A DNA stretch of 62,846 bases, filler included, from Octopus bimaculoides (taxonomy: Eukaryota): assembly GCF_001194135.2 (NCBI RefSeq). It is 5 parts of 3 records of this genome, joined end to end, with 100 filler letters (N's around TTAATTAATTAA, not from the genome) between each part and the next. Parts side by side here need not be neighbours in the genome. Positions count along the whole stretch, not along the records: positions 41,230 to 54,190 come from NC_069007.1; 4 more parts are not named here. The stretch is one strand, 5' to 3'. Of this stretch, positions 41,230-53,391 are shown one piece after another; position 1 is the first letter of the stretch; every line of letters starts with the position of its first letter. A program made the translations under genes and the position numbers. The notes beneath the pieces were generated by a model that did not search any database, had not been told where the DNA came from, and saw nothing but the letters and a program-made list of their open reading frames with translations.

Positions 41230-41906
41230 ACTGAACCCAGAACCATGTGGTTGGTAAGAAAGCTATTTACTCCACAGTCACTCCTGCGCCTACTTACCAC
41301 ACAGCCGCTCCTGCGCCTAAGTTAACTTTAGATCTAATTGTATGCAACTATCACGTTACGGTATTAAACGGAGTATTACCTGAGCTCTTTCTTTCTTTCT
41401 TTCTTTGTCTGTCTCTGTGTGTCTATCTGTCCGTCTGTCTCTCTCTCCCCCCTCTCTCTCTCTATATGTATATATACGCATGCGCACACACAAACAGTGA
41501 GATTTAGACTTAATAACCGGTGTCCAGAACACCATCTATACTCATGTATATCTAAAGAGGAGCTGAGGGGGCGAACTTGTGCTGTTATCGTCTGAGTTTC
41601 ATTTGGTTGGTATCTACAGTTGTGTAGGTTACGGAGCACATATGGAAAGCAAAACAATACAGAGTGTCTGTTTAAATAGTAGTTAGTCACCTCATCTTAC
41701 ACGTATTTCATGAACAACTATATAAATGAAGTAGTATTATCTGATAACATAATCAAGTCGTCAGAAATTGCGTAACATTTCATAGTAATCTTTAGTAAAT
41801 CGTGTTAGATAGATGATAGAGTTGTAGTAGTTCAAATAACAAGTCTGAATTCTAAAAAATGCAAATGAATGTTACACATCCACACACACGTTTGTTTTCT
41901 TTGTAG

Positions 41907-42055
41907 CTTATCACGGCAAGATCTTAGTTTCTCTGGCATGGTTCTTCTCCATACTTTTCTCCATACCCATGTTTTTTATAACCAAAGAAGTGACGGAAGA
42001 CGACGGCATCAACAAACAATGTTGGATAGACTTCACAGAGGATTGGCAATGGCAG
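41907..42055 (+). CDS. CCAP/neuropeptide S-type GPCR exon (TM4 and ECL2)
   Basis: YHGKILVSLAWFFSILFSIPMFFITKEVTEDDGINKQCWIDFTEDWQWQ contains the TM4 W..S...S.P and ECL2 QCWI motifs. Acceptor ttctttgtag, donor gtaaac. Confidence 0.88.
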
Positions 42056-42471
42056 GTAAACACATAATCTTAATTATTACATTTATCTCAACACTAACTC
42101 TAACCCTATATGAACCCATAAACCTTGTCCTAATTGTCCTAACAATGAATAAAACTTTGGATACACTTTATAGAGAATTAAGAGGAAAATTATCCGCTAA
42201 TCTCTAACACAAGATTATAATCTCTAACACTAGAAGATAATCCTTATCTTAAATAAAGTCCAACAATTGATAGACTTCACAAATCTACAGTGTACGTAGG
42301 AATATATTTATAGACTCTGAGTTAATAGTATATGTATAAACAGATGTGAACTTCTCGTCTGTACATATCATATGCTTGTAGACAGTGAAAACGGACCCAG
42401 TTTTAACCTTTCTCAGCAACTGTGTACTCTCTTTAACTATTCAAGAACATACTTCAAGTAAACTGGATAAC

Positions 42472-42503
<32 letters not shown>

Positions 42504-42517
42504 NNNNNNNNNNATAG

Positions 42518-42886
42518 CAGTTGTTTACTGTCAACTTAATGTGACAGACCCATTAAGGGAATCATACTGCTGCTATTTAGCCCTAGGAAGCTAGACCGCT
42601 TCCTGTTGGCCCTGACACATTTCCTGTGTCCTTATATTTGTGAAGGCTAGACAGGTTTTTTCAACCAGCTGGTCGGCTACTTCAGGCTGATGACGAGCAA
42701 TAACTCAGAAACATATCCCTGAATGCAGACTAAAGCTGGGTGGGGAAGCTTGTCTCCCCTTCACAAATATAAGGACACAGGAAATGTGTCAAGGCCAACA
42801 GGAAGCGGTCTAGCTTTCTAGGGCTAAATAGTAGCAGTATGATTCCCTTAATGGGTCTGTCACATTGAGCTGACAGTAAACAACTG
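42518..42886. repeat. Long inverted repeat, 129-bp arms with degenerate inward extension
   Basis: 42518-42646 pairs with 42758-42886 with about five mismatches by manual alignment. Confidence 0.95.
42681..42723 (+). ncRNA. Minimal type I hammerhead ribozyme at the apex of a long hairpin
   Basis: Stem I ttcagg/cctgaa; CTGATGA 42687-42693; stem II gag-caataa-ctc; GAAA 42708-42711; short stem III ACATAT; predicted AUC cleavage after 42717. Confidence 0.65.
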
Positions 42887-43270
42887 ATTTATCGTAACAC
42901 TGCTGCTTATATCTCTCTCTGAGATTTATAATTAGATCATTTCTAATTATATATATATATATACACGAGGAGGTACTGAAAAGTTCTTGGCTTTAAGGGT
43001 ATTGTGAAAGGCCTGTGTAACGGTATGTAAACAACATATTTGTATATATAATATCTATTTTGTAAGCCTTATAAGGGTACGCATTTGCTAATGGACATCC
43101 CAATACAGAAATTAAAATCTGTCCAACTGTCCGTAAATATTTACAAGGTGTTAGCTACAATCTGTAGATATATTTTATACTACTGAAACTGAGCACTCAT
43201 AAAAAAAAGCAACTAATTTTTTACACTACACCTTTTTTTCCATATTTTCTTCGTTCCTTATTCATTTCAG

Positions 43271-43415
43271 CTCTACATGACCTTAGTGTCCGTGGCCTTG
43301 TTTATAATTCCTGCAGTAATTATAATTATTTGCTATGCCATCATCATCCACATTATTTGGAGTCAAGGTAAAAAGATAACGGCTGACGAATGCACGGAAA
43401 ACGTCACGAAATCAG
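43271..43415 (+). CDS. CCAP-receptor-like GPCR exon (TM5)
   Basis: LYMTLVSVALFIIPAVIIIICYAIIIHIIWSQGK resembles the CCAPR TM5 pattern YM.LVS..LF.IPA.II..CY.II...IW. Phase 0 acceptor catttcag, donor gtttgt. Confidence 0.92.
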
Positions 43416-43605
43416 GTTTGTTTCTCTTCAGTGCTAGGTATGTCCTGGTTTCTCTCCTCTTTATATATATATATTGTCGTTGTTTTACTGTCACTTTCTA
43501 GATTTTAAGGGAGTTATTTTACGTGTAATTACAGCGTGCTAGAAATAACAGCAAAAGATCCCTTAATTCACACCTTTGTTAAGGCAGTGCTAGATACTGA
43601 CAGCC

Positions 43606-43645
<40 letters not shown>

Positions 43646-43666
43646 GTCTGTCTGTCTGTCTATCTA

Positions 43667-43698
<32 letters not shown>

Positions 43699-43729
43699 NN
43701 NNNNNNNNGTCTGTCTGTCTGTCTATCTA

Positions 43730-43761
<32 letters not shown>

Positions 43762-43855
43762 GCTAGCTATTTGTCTGTCTATCAGTGTGTTTGCCTATCT
43801 ATCTTTAAATCTAATCATCCAACCATTTATCCGTTTGTTTTTCAGTGTCTGTCTG

Positions 43856-43889
<34 letters not shown>

Positions 43890-43969
43890 ATTCTCTCTCT
43901 CTCTCTATCTATCTATCTATGTATCTATCAACCTATGTATGTATGTATGTATGTATGTATGTATGTATG

Positions 43970-44012
<43 letters not shown>

Positions 44013-44028
44013 ATATCTATCTATACAG

Positions 44029-44142
44029 CCAGCAATAGATCACAGACAAAAATCTCTATGAACATAGCCAACCATTGTTCTAGAAGTCTCATACCTCAGG
44101 CCAAGATTCGAACCGTGAAAATGACTTTTATCATCGTTTTAG
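44029..44142 (+). CDS. CCAP-receptor-like GPCR exon (ICL3 and start of TM6)
   Basis: SNRSQTKISMNIANHCSRSLIPQAKIRTVKMTFIIVL carries the vasopressin/CCAP receptor motif IP.AK..TVKMT. Phase 1-1, donor gtaacg. Confidence 0.92.
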
Positions 44143-44201
44143 GTAACGTTTACTGTCTTCTTTCTTATGCTGGTCTTGACAAAAAAGATAACAAAAAATT
44201 G

Positions 44202-44279
<78 letters not shown>

Positions 44280-45199
44280 GAATATATATAAACATATCCA
44301 CATAAACTTACACGTATATAATATATAAATTTAGAGATGAAACTCGAAGTAAATAAAGCTATAACTAATTTATAAAAAAAAGCAAAGATAGTAAAAGTCA
44401 AAGAGGTTTTTTAAACTTAACATTTACTTGCAATTATTTATAGCTTTATCTACTTCGAGCTCCATCGTTCTAAATTCTTACAACATAAACAATATATGGA
44501 TGCACTTGATCGCTTTTTCCTCGATTTCTTAGGGGAAAAAAAAAAATTCCAAAAGGGATATAACTCTGTTTTTATTTTTGGGCGTAAACTAATGGTCATG
44601 CCGTATTTGTAACTAGCTTTAAATGTACCCTCGGTTTTCTCACAATACCTTTTTTACTACACGATCTGCCGATTCTGAATTTGCTCTGTATACTGTTTTT
44701 GATAAGCACAATCCATTCAAGCAGTACCTAGTTATGTCTCTGAAATTGGATTCTTGTTAGGTTGTTTGAGTGGTATTTATATATCTTTTGTTGTGATTGC
44801 AGATTTCTCATTGCATGCAATCCATTCGAGAACAGCAGGCAATTGCGCCAAATACATGTGACTGAAAGCTCAAGATTTTGACTTTATATAGTAATCTTAG
44901 CAAGGAGGGAATAAACCTCCTCATCATGCCTTTATTTAATGAAATAAATAAGCTTAAAACATTCAAACATATTCCTACACAAACAAATTTGTGGTTAACA
45001 TATGAAATAACAAGAAGCTCGCAATGTAAGACTAGACAAAGATTTCAGATGATTTAAGCAATATTTCGACAAAATGGATTTATACTACGGAGATCGGCAA
45101 CATCTCAGATCTTAGCCCTGAGTCTTATCTTAGCTGCCGTTATATAACATACACTATAACTTCAATGTATTCCTTTTCCCTTTTCCCAAATAAATTGCA

Positions 45200-45300
45200 C
45201 TTCATATTCGAGGCTCCGATGAAGCTATAAGATATTACACAAGCACTGAACTATGAGTCCACTGCATCTTATTAGCAGAAACATCTGTAAGCTAATGAAG
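45200..45300 (+). ncRNA. Degenerate type I hammerhead motif in a PLE-like terminal repeat
   Basis: ggct CCGATGA a gctataagat...atcttattagc a GAAA c atct GTA agct, plus distal cttcat/atgaag pairing. U4-to-C change in the core. Confidence 0.55.
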
Positions 45301-46460
45301 TTCATAATAATAAGTCAAATATGATAATTTGCCTTAAGAAAAACATGCTCTTCCATCCACAAATGGACATAAGGAGTATAAAAAAATGAAGGAGAGTATG
45401 CAAGAAAGAAAGAAAAATAGTATTGGCATTCTATGGAATCGAATTGGCAATGTATAAGATTGAACAGACAATCCATAACATCATTCTCTAGTAATTTCAT
45501 GATTCAGTTATTTCTTTTTTATCCTCTTGTGTATGAGTGACAGCCAAATAGAATAATTCTTTCTAAGATAGGTTCACGATAACTCATTTTCGGGATTTTA
45601 CAGATATCCCCAATATTAAATTACTACTTATTTTATAAAATCTGGCAAGTAGAAAGACATTTGTCATGCTATGTATATATAATTGAGCGTAACTTGTATT
45701 TGTGGTTCTTTTAGGTCAGGTTTGTCTTTCGTCCTTCCGGAATCGATAAAATAAAATAGTACTTTGTTGATTGGTCGATCCAATTCAGTTATATGGTTCT
45801 GTAAAATTTGAGACCCCACGTCCTCGGTAGAGATCATTATCTGAAAAATTAGGTTGTTTGTGTGGCCGCCAAGGCAACTATCAACGACCGAGTCGATCTA
45901 CTTTTCCTCCTTTTCTTTTGTTTTGAAGCAGAATGATATAAATTACCTCCAGTATAACATAACATCCGATAGCTTTGTGAAAATGGACAAGTAATCATTG
46001 GAAATTTTGTTCATGATAAACGGTAAACTGTCGTCCTATCCTGATACATACATACACACAAACATACATATACGTATACGTATACATATATATATATATA
46101 TATATATATANNNNNNNNNNNNNNNNNNNNNNNNNNNNNNNNNNNNNNNNNNNNNNNNNNNNNNNNNNNNNNNNNNNNNNNNNNNNNNNNNNNNNNNNNN
46201 NNNNNNNNNNNNNNNNNNAGAGGCGTCTGCCGTCCTTATTCTGTAACATAAATCAGAGACGTATTTCTTTAACAGATTGTGAAGAATCGAAAAGTGATAC
46301 TTAGAGGAAATGAATAACACACAGTTCCATAGTGTTAGGAATAAATTTGACAGTTTGCATAAAAGGAAAAGAAAACATAATAGCCTACCAGAAATACGAA
46401 TGTTTTTTTTTTTTAATCAAAGCCTATCAACTTGATTATGGCTGGGAGATAATTGCTTAC

Positions 46461-46605
46461 TCAAAACAGCCATCTACAGTCCTCCACCACGGCCTCAAAA
46501 CGGTTCTGAAACCTGGTGCACACGCTCCGCACTGTCACCATGGGAAGATCTTCGAATACCTCCTTGATATTGGCCGCTAGTTCGGCCTTATTGTTGCAGG
46601 CAGTG
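46461..46605 (-). mobile_element. Tc1/mariner (maT-like) transposase C-terminal remnant
   Basis: ACNNKAELAANIKEVFEDLPMVTVRSVCTRFQNRFEAVVE parallels the C-terminus of the 50390 element; its 5' side is cut by a SINE. Confidence 0.6.
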
Positions 46606-47449
46606 AAGGAGCGTGGCTTAGTGGTTAGGGTATTCGGCGCACAATCGCAAGGTCGTGAGTTCGATACCCAGCGGCGCGTTGTGTCCTTGAGCAAGACACT
46701 TTATTCCACCTTACATCAGTCCATTCAACTGGCAAAAATGAGTTGTATCTGTAATTCAAAGGACCAGCCTTGTCACATTCTGTGTCGCTTTGAAACTCAC
46801 TGCGAACACCGTTAAGGGAACACGTCTCTGTGGGGTACTCAGCCACTCGCTCGTTAATTTCACGTCGTAACACGGCCAGTTTTTTTTTTTGTTGTTGTTG
46901 CAAGTGGAGCTGTTGGTGTCTTTCTCAACAGGCCCTCACATATACTATCGGCGGGATCACAATGGTGGGAGTTAGGAGGCTAGAAATCCTTCTGCTGAAT
47001 CCTTCTGCCACACATATGACCTTTCAGCAGCAACCTTCACATAGCAGTCTAAATTGAGCCTAAGTCCTTGTTCATCAGTTGTTGAATGAATTTCGGCGTG
47101 TTGTGTCCCCCTGTTGGCCACGGCTTTGAGGTCCCCCTTGCAGCTGACCATGTCACCCCTTACAACCTTTACAAGGTTCACAGAACATTGAACAGCAGTC
47201 ATGATGTCGGCGTTTGGATACCCGGCGTGAAACCTGATACGGGTAACCCTTTCCGATATTTAGATGGCTTCTAGTCCTCCATGTCAGTAAACTTCTCTCG
47301 ACTACAACTTTAATCTTCATACTTTCTAACGCCGCGGACTGGTTGCCAATATCAAGCTGTTCATGATAAAAGGAAACGTCAAAAATCGTCAAATTTAGCC
47401 CAATTCACTATCATCATCATCATCATCATCATCATCATCGTCGTCGTCG

Positions 47450-47469
<20 letters not shown>

Positions 47470-47496
<27 letters not shown>

Positions 47497-47792
47497 GAGT
47501 GAGAGAGCAGTGAATGCCATCAAAGTGACACTGGGGTAAAATATACGAAGCCCATTATACCCATCATGACTACCCATCCGATAAGAGTACACCAGGCACA
47601 TGCATCCCAACCATATGTGCACGACATGGTGATCTCATATCAAGATAAACAGCACATGACCTCGCAGGTGGGGCCCAGTTAGAATTTTCTTCAGGTCGAG
47701 TAGCCCATCCCGCTCAAAAGGTCCCTGAATAAGGTTTGTTTAAGGATGTTGAACGAAACACCCATGTTTCCAAAGGTGAATAATCCAAACCC
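47470..47792 (-). mobile_element. Retroposon 3' end with (AAT)n tail
   Basis: GC-balanced block abutting a long (TTA)n/(CAT)n run and truncated by a gap; family not identified. Confidence 0.5.
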
Positions 47793-48233
47793 NNNNNNNN
47801 NNNNNNNNNNNNNNNNNNNNNNNNNNNNNNNNNNNNNNNNNNNNNNNNNNNNNNNNNNNNNNNNNNNNNNNNNNNNNNNNNNNNNNNNNNNNNNNNNNNN
47901 NNNNNNNNNNNNNNNNNNNNNNNNNNNNNNNNNNNNNNNNNNNNNNNNNNNNNNNNNNNNNNNNNNNNNNNNNNNNNNNNNNNNNNNNNNNNNNNNNNNN
48001 NNNNNNNNNNNNNNNNNNNNNNNNNNNNNNNNNNNNNNNNNNNNNNNNNNNNNNNNNNNNNNNNNNNNNNNNNNNNNNNNNNNNNNNNNNNNNNNNNNNN
48101 NNNNNNNNNNNNNNNNNNNNNNNNNNNNNNNNNNNNNNNNNNNNNNNNNNNNNNNNNNNNNNNNNNNNNNNNNNNNNNNNNNNNNNNNNNNNNNNNNNNN
48201 NNNNNNNNNNNNNNNNNNNNNNNNNNNNNNNNN

Positions 48234-48313
<80 letters not shown>

Positions 48314-48883
48314 TCCTTGATGCACTAGCAGTTATATATCGTCTTTCAGTCTTTTACACGTTACATTACCATATATTTTGTCTATCTCTTCAATTTTTAG
48401 CTATTGTCCTTTTTACACTAAAAAACAAAAAAAAATTACTGTATTCCCATCAACTGCCAGATATCATTGTTTATTTGTTTACACATTTTCTTCGTTTCTT
48501 GTTGTTTTTGTTTCTTTTTAGTCTACGTCGGCATCATTTATTTATAATTTTATCTGTTAAAGTCTGTTTAAGTCCTTAGATATTATTAAATCATTATTTT
48601 ATTTTATCTGCTTTGTTTATCTTTGTTTTTCAAATTTTTCTCCTTTTGTTCTTTTCGGTATTTTTTTCTTCGGCCATTTGCAATATTTAACGTCTGCTCA
48701 AGTTTTTATGTGATATTTAACCATTCATTCTGTTTATTTCACTTTTTCTTCCATTTTTCTTTTGTTTATAATTAAACTCCACGCATTATATTCTCGGTCA
48801 CTTTTTTATTTGTTTCTCCATTTTTGTTCTTGTCCTTTATTCCTCATCTTTCTTTCATTTTATTGTAAAATTTATATCTGCAG

Positions 48884-49064
48884 TTTTTATCGTCTGCTGG
48901 AGTCCCTACATGATATTCGATCTGCTTCAAGTTTACGGATATTTTCAGCCCACTCAACGAACTATCGCCATTTCAACATTCTTCAACAGTCTAGCACCTT
49001 TAAATAGTGCTGCCAATCCGATCATTTACGGTATATTTAGCACACGAATCTGCCAGAATCTCAG
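48884..49064 (+). CDS. CCAP-receptor-like GPCR exon (TM6-TM7 and helix 8)
   Basis: [61 protein letters not shown] contains CWSPY, FDLLQV.G and [13 protein letters not shown], typical of CCAP receptors. Confidence 0.95.
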
Positions 49065-50223
49065 GTACGCCTGTCAAACCACTAATCTTTTGCTGATTTC
49101 AATCATTGGACTACTGCTATCGCGTGGCGCCGCCTAAATGAATTTTTTTGGTTTACAGTACATACATGCATGCAAACATACATACATATACGCATATGCA
49201 CACGCATACATACATACATACATTCAGTCATTCATACATATAGTCATACATAAATACACACAGACATGCACACATATATAATTTCTACGAGTCCACAATC
49301 TGTTTTCTTCCTTTCTCTCTATCCCTCTATATTTTCCGTTTCTCCTCCTCCTTCTTTGCTGTCCTCTTTCTCCCACTCCCTACTATCTTTCGTTCCTTCT
49401 CCCTTCTCCTCACTCCCTTTGTTTCTTTCCCTCATCCTCTCTCTTGTCTCCCTTCCTCTCTGCCTGTTGCTCACACGTGACTACAGGCTACTTCTCTCGT
49501 CCCTGTCTTCTCTGGACAAGATGTCCACCGCCTCACGACATTTTTTCTCTTCTACTTTCTTCTCATCTATTTATTCTATTTCCTTTAAAAATTTCTCCCA
49601 GGCGTTACCCCTTACAATTCATCTTGGCCTAACGGACCTTAATGTTTGCCTTCGTCGATTGTTTAATTTATACGTCAACTCTGTTGTTGTTTGTTCGATC
49701 GAAGCCCTAACTTGCCATGATTTTATATTTTTAAAATTTCTGGATGCTGCTGTCTTATGAAGTTTTCCTATCTTGTCGCTAAAAGCACGAAACAGGAAGT
49801 AGTAAAACAGTCGACAACTGAGGCGGAGTTAGACATCTTTTGGTACTTCTTATCTCTGCGTGTTTACGTATGTTTCACTCGTTGGTGATGTACTGTATTT
49901 AATGTGTATTTTTTATTTATACATACATATATAAATACATACACACACACACATGCATACATACATACATATATACATACATACAAATAGTCGCAGTATT
50001 TTGGACGATTAAAGTTTGCAAGACCTTCTTAAGATTCAAAGGATGATGGTTAAAACAAGATTCTTTCCTTCATAGCCTTGCTATCAAATAGCAAAAGTAA
50101 AAGAGAGCACACACACTCAAATATACATGCATTTAATCTATCTATCTGACTGTCTGTCTGTTTGTTAGGGTGAGTGTGTATCTATGTATGTACGTATGTA
50201 TGTATGTATGTATGTATATGTGC

Positions 50224-50275
<52 letters not shown>

Positions 50276-50389
50276 GCGCACACATATACAATTTTATTTT
50301 TTATTTAGTGCATGCGCATTTTTGATTTTGACGACTACACAGCATAGTAGGGTCAGTTGGGCACCGTCAGTGAGAAAAGCAGCACCATG

Positions 50390-50963
50390 ACGTGATTTTC
50401 ACTCTGCCACAAATTTAGAAACGATATGCTGTACTGCTTGGCATTCACGCCAGAAGCTCCAATACGGAAATTTCAGAGTGTTTGGGAGTCAATCTGAGGA
50501 CATGTACCGAAAGTGATAAAAATCAAACATCCAGTCAATATCATGGTGTTTGGAGTGATCACTAGTGATGGCGACGTTATGCCTCCATTCATCTTACCAC
50601 ATGACCTCAGATTCAACATGGAGGCCTACATCAAGTGCCTGGAGGAGGTAGTGCTGCCCTGGGTCAAGAGGGTGGCTGCTGGAAGACCCTATGTCTGGCA
50701 ACAGGACTCTGCACCCTGCCACACAAGCAGGAGAACCCAGTCATGGCTGTCAGACAATTTCTGCCACCACCTCACCCCTAACATCTGGCTGCCTAACTCC
50801 CCAGACTGCAACCCCCTTGACTATTATGTTTGGGGCGCAGTTGAGCTAGAGACCAACAAAACTTCTTGTAACACCAAAGATGAACTGAAGGCAAGGGTTA
50901 TGGCGGCATTCACCAACTTAAACAGGGAGACCATCCAGAGGAGTTGCAGGAGATTCCGAAGTC
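50390..50963 (+). mobile_element. Internally deleted maT (DD37D) Tc1/mariner transposon
   Basis: IMVFGVITSDG...WQQDSAPCHTS...WLPNSPDCNPLDYYVW with 37 residues between the second and third catalytic Asp. An HTH-like N-terminal piece is joined directly upstream. Confidence 0.85.
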
Positions 50964-51689
50964 GTGTGTTTGTGTGTGTATGCATGCATGCATGGACGTA
51001 TAACCATTTAATCTATCATTTTCAAACTTTGAGTTGCGTATTCTAATTGTCCAGCCATAGCTTCTTTGAAAAAAATCACCCCTACAGTATATATATATAT
51101 GTATATATATACACTCTGTGAGATAAAAAAGAAAGGGAGAAGAAGAGAGAGAGATTAAAAGCAGTAAATTGTTATCCAATATAACCCGGGTAGTAAACTA
51201 ATGTAGAGTTCCGAGATGGAGATTGAAGCTGGAGTTACGAGGTCGAATCCAGAAGCAAGAATCGATAATATGATGAAAAGGCAATAAACATCGTCTCCAT
51301 TTTCCTCCCTCCTCCATCTCAACGTTTTGTTCCCCCTCTTAAGATTTCTTCTTTCTTTTTCCTGCAATAATTCCATCTCTCCACCTCTCTCTCTCTCTCT
51401 CTCTCTCCACCTTTGACCTGAATCTCACCCTCCCTTCCTTACTCTTTACTCCTCCTCTTCCATCCCTCCTCCCGCCCCGTTTCACTTCCATTCTTCCATT
51501 TCCTTACCTTCTCTTCCTTTCTTCAAATCTCGTCTCTATTTTCCACCTCTTCCATCTCTCCCTCTTCCTTTCCTTATCCTCATACTTTCCCTCCCCTTCC
51601 TCCCACTTCAAACTTCGCCCCTCTTTCCCTTCTATTCCACTTTCTCCTCCCCTTCTTTCTATTCCTTCGAGCTCTACATCACTCATATC

Positions 51690-52030
51690 CAGTCTTTATT
51701 ATTCTTCCAGCTCCACTCCTTCTCGCACTCTTCCTCCTCCTCCTCGCACTCCTCCTTCTCGCACTCCTCTTCCTTCTCGCATTCCTCCTCGTACTCCTCC
51801 TTCTCACACACCTCGCACTTCTCTCCCTTCTCGCACCCCTCCTCCTTCTTGCACTCCTCCTTCTCTCTCGCATTCCTCCTCCTGGCTCTCATCCTCCTTC
51901 TCGCACTCATCCTCCTCGCCCTCCTGTTCTTTTCGCACCCCTTTTCTTTCTCGCACTCCTCCCCCTTCTCGTACTGCTCCTCCTTCTCACACTCGACCTC
52001 CTCCTCACACTGCTACTGCTCCTCCCCTCC
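51690..52030. repeat. Pyrimidine-rich minisatellite with ttctcgcactcctcc units
   Basis: Repeated ctcgcactcctcc cores just upstream of the GPCR terminal exon. Confidence 0.85.
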
Positions 52031-52131
52031 TCTCTCTTTCCCTCTACCCCCCCCCCNNNNNNNNNNNNNNNNNNNNNNNNGGGCCATTTCTCACTTTTCT
52101 CTAATAACTTTTCTATTTCTACTTCCTACAG

Positions 52132-52393
52132 AAACATCCCATGTCTCAGCAAACATTTCGGCGAGAGGGACTCGCGCCACACGCGCTATGGAGTTACAAG
52201 CACTGGGAATTCGCTACAAATACAACCATCACATTCACGCCCTCAATCTTCAGCATCTTCTCGTCTAAATGCTAAACAGCCGGCACAGTTTTTATACAAT
52301 TCCACCAATGCCAAGGGTGTGAGGAGTGTTTCTCCCAAGAGTCATTCTATTTTGATGAAAAGAATGGTTGTTCATTTAGATGACGCTTCATAG
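52132..52393 (+). CDS. CCAP-receptor-like GPCR, terminal coding exon (cytoplasmic tail)
   Basis: Acceptor cttcctacag in phase 2 continues NLR-NIPCLSKHFG; 86 further codons, Ser/Thr-rich, ending HLDDAS-TAG. Confidence 0.75.
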
Positions 52394-53300
52394 AAAAACA
52401 TTCACGGTGAAAAAGAGGGTGATATTAGTCATCCAAAACATCTACATTATTTCATTGACTTTTGTCTTATTCTTTAAAAGTATTGTATACTCTAAAGTGT
52501 CAAACGTTTTCATACAACATCTCTATCTAATTCCAGATTAAATTAGGTTAAAACAGCCATTCATGTATCAGATTTCATGCAGATATATAATGATAGGCTA
52601 TTGATAACGCCTAAAGACGCAGAAATGCATTCGGAAATGCATTCGGCGTTCTCATTCACCGCTGCTCAGATGAGTTTCGCTTCTCTTTCTGTTACATACA
52701 TTTGAGACACGGCGCATCCATAGGAGACACTGTTTTCGGACGAATACCACAGTGCATTTTGCTTATCACAATATATCTACATTACATAAATGGCTATACC
52801 TACCTACCTACCTACCTACCTACCTACCTAACTACCTACCTACCTACTTGCCTACCTACCAACCTACCTACCTACAAACAAACATTCATTCATTCATACA
52901 CACATACATACATACATACATACATACATACATTTAGTTCATCACTCGCATTTATCCTTGAATTCTGTCTTCTAAGCGGCCGTACAACAACGACAAGAAG
53001 AAGAAGCAGAACAACAACAACTCAATGCTAGATCGGAAGAGCGTCGNNNNNNNNNNNNNNNNNNNNNNNNNNNNNNNNNNNNNNNNNNNNNNNNNNNNNN
53101 NNNNNNNNNNNNNNNNNNNNNNNNNNNNNNNNNNNNNNNNNNNNNNNNNNNNNNNNNNNNNNNNNNNNNNNNNNNNNNNNNNNNNNNNNNNNNNNNNNNN
53201 NNNNNNNNNNNNNNNNNNNNNNNNNACTACTACTACAACCGCCGCTGCTACTGTTTCTCCTCCCCTCCACCTCCTCCTCCTCCTACTACTGCTGCTACTA

Positions 53301-53335
<35 letters not shown>

Positions 53336-53348
53336 CTGCTGCTTCTGC

Positions 53349-53391
<43 letters not shown>

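Noticed and set aside
40802-42055. Apparent PITPNM-GPCR fusion or same-strand nesting (exons only 895 nt apart)
   Set aside because: An artificial spacer at 41130-41229 lies between them, and the exon phases (0 donor, phase-1 acceptor) do not join in frame.
43383-43406. CTGACGA...GAAAACGTC hammerhead-like string
   Set aside because: No stem I or stem II pairing; falls in GPCR coding sequence and is best explained by chance.
44803-44861. Alternative GPCR exon truncating in TM6 (DFSLHAIHSRTAGNCAKYM*)
   Set aside because: Only an AG and a short frame support it; no homology, and it borders repeat-derived sequence.
46880-47390. GC-balanced block with several short ORFs
   Set aside because: Probably a decayed retroelement, but no domain could be recognised, so it is left uncalled.
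9564-48579. Long ORFs with X runs and poly-YI, VC, HT or LS peptides in the ORF track
   Set aside because: Artefacts of N gaps and microsatellites.
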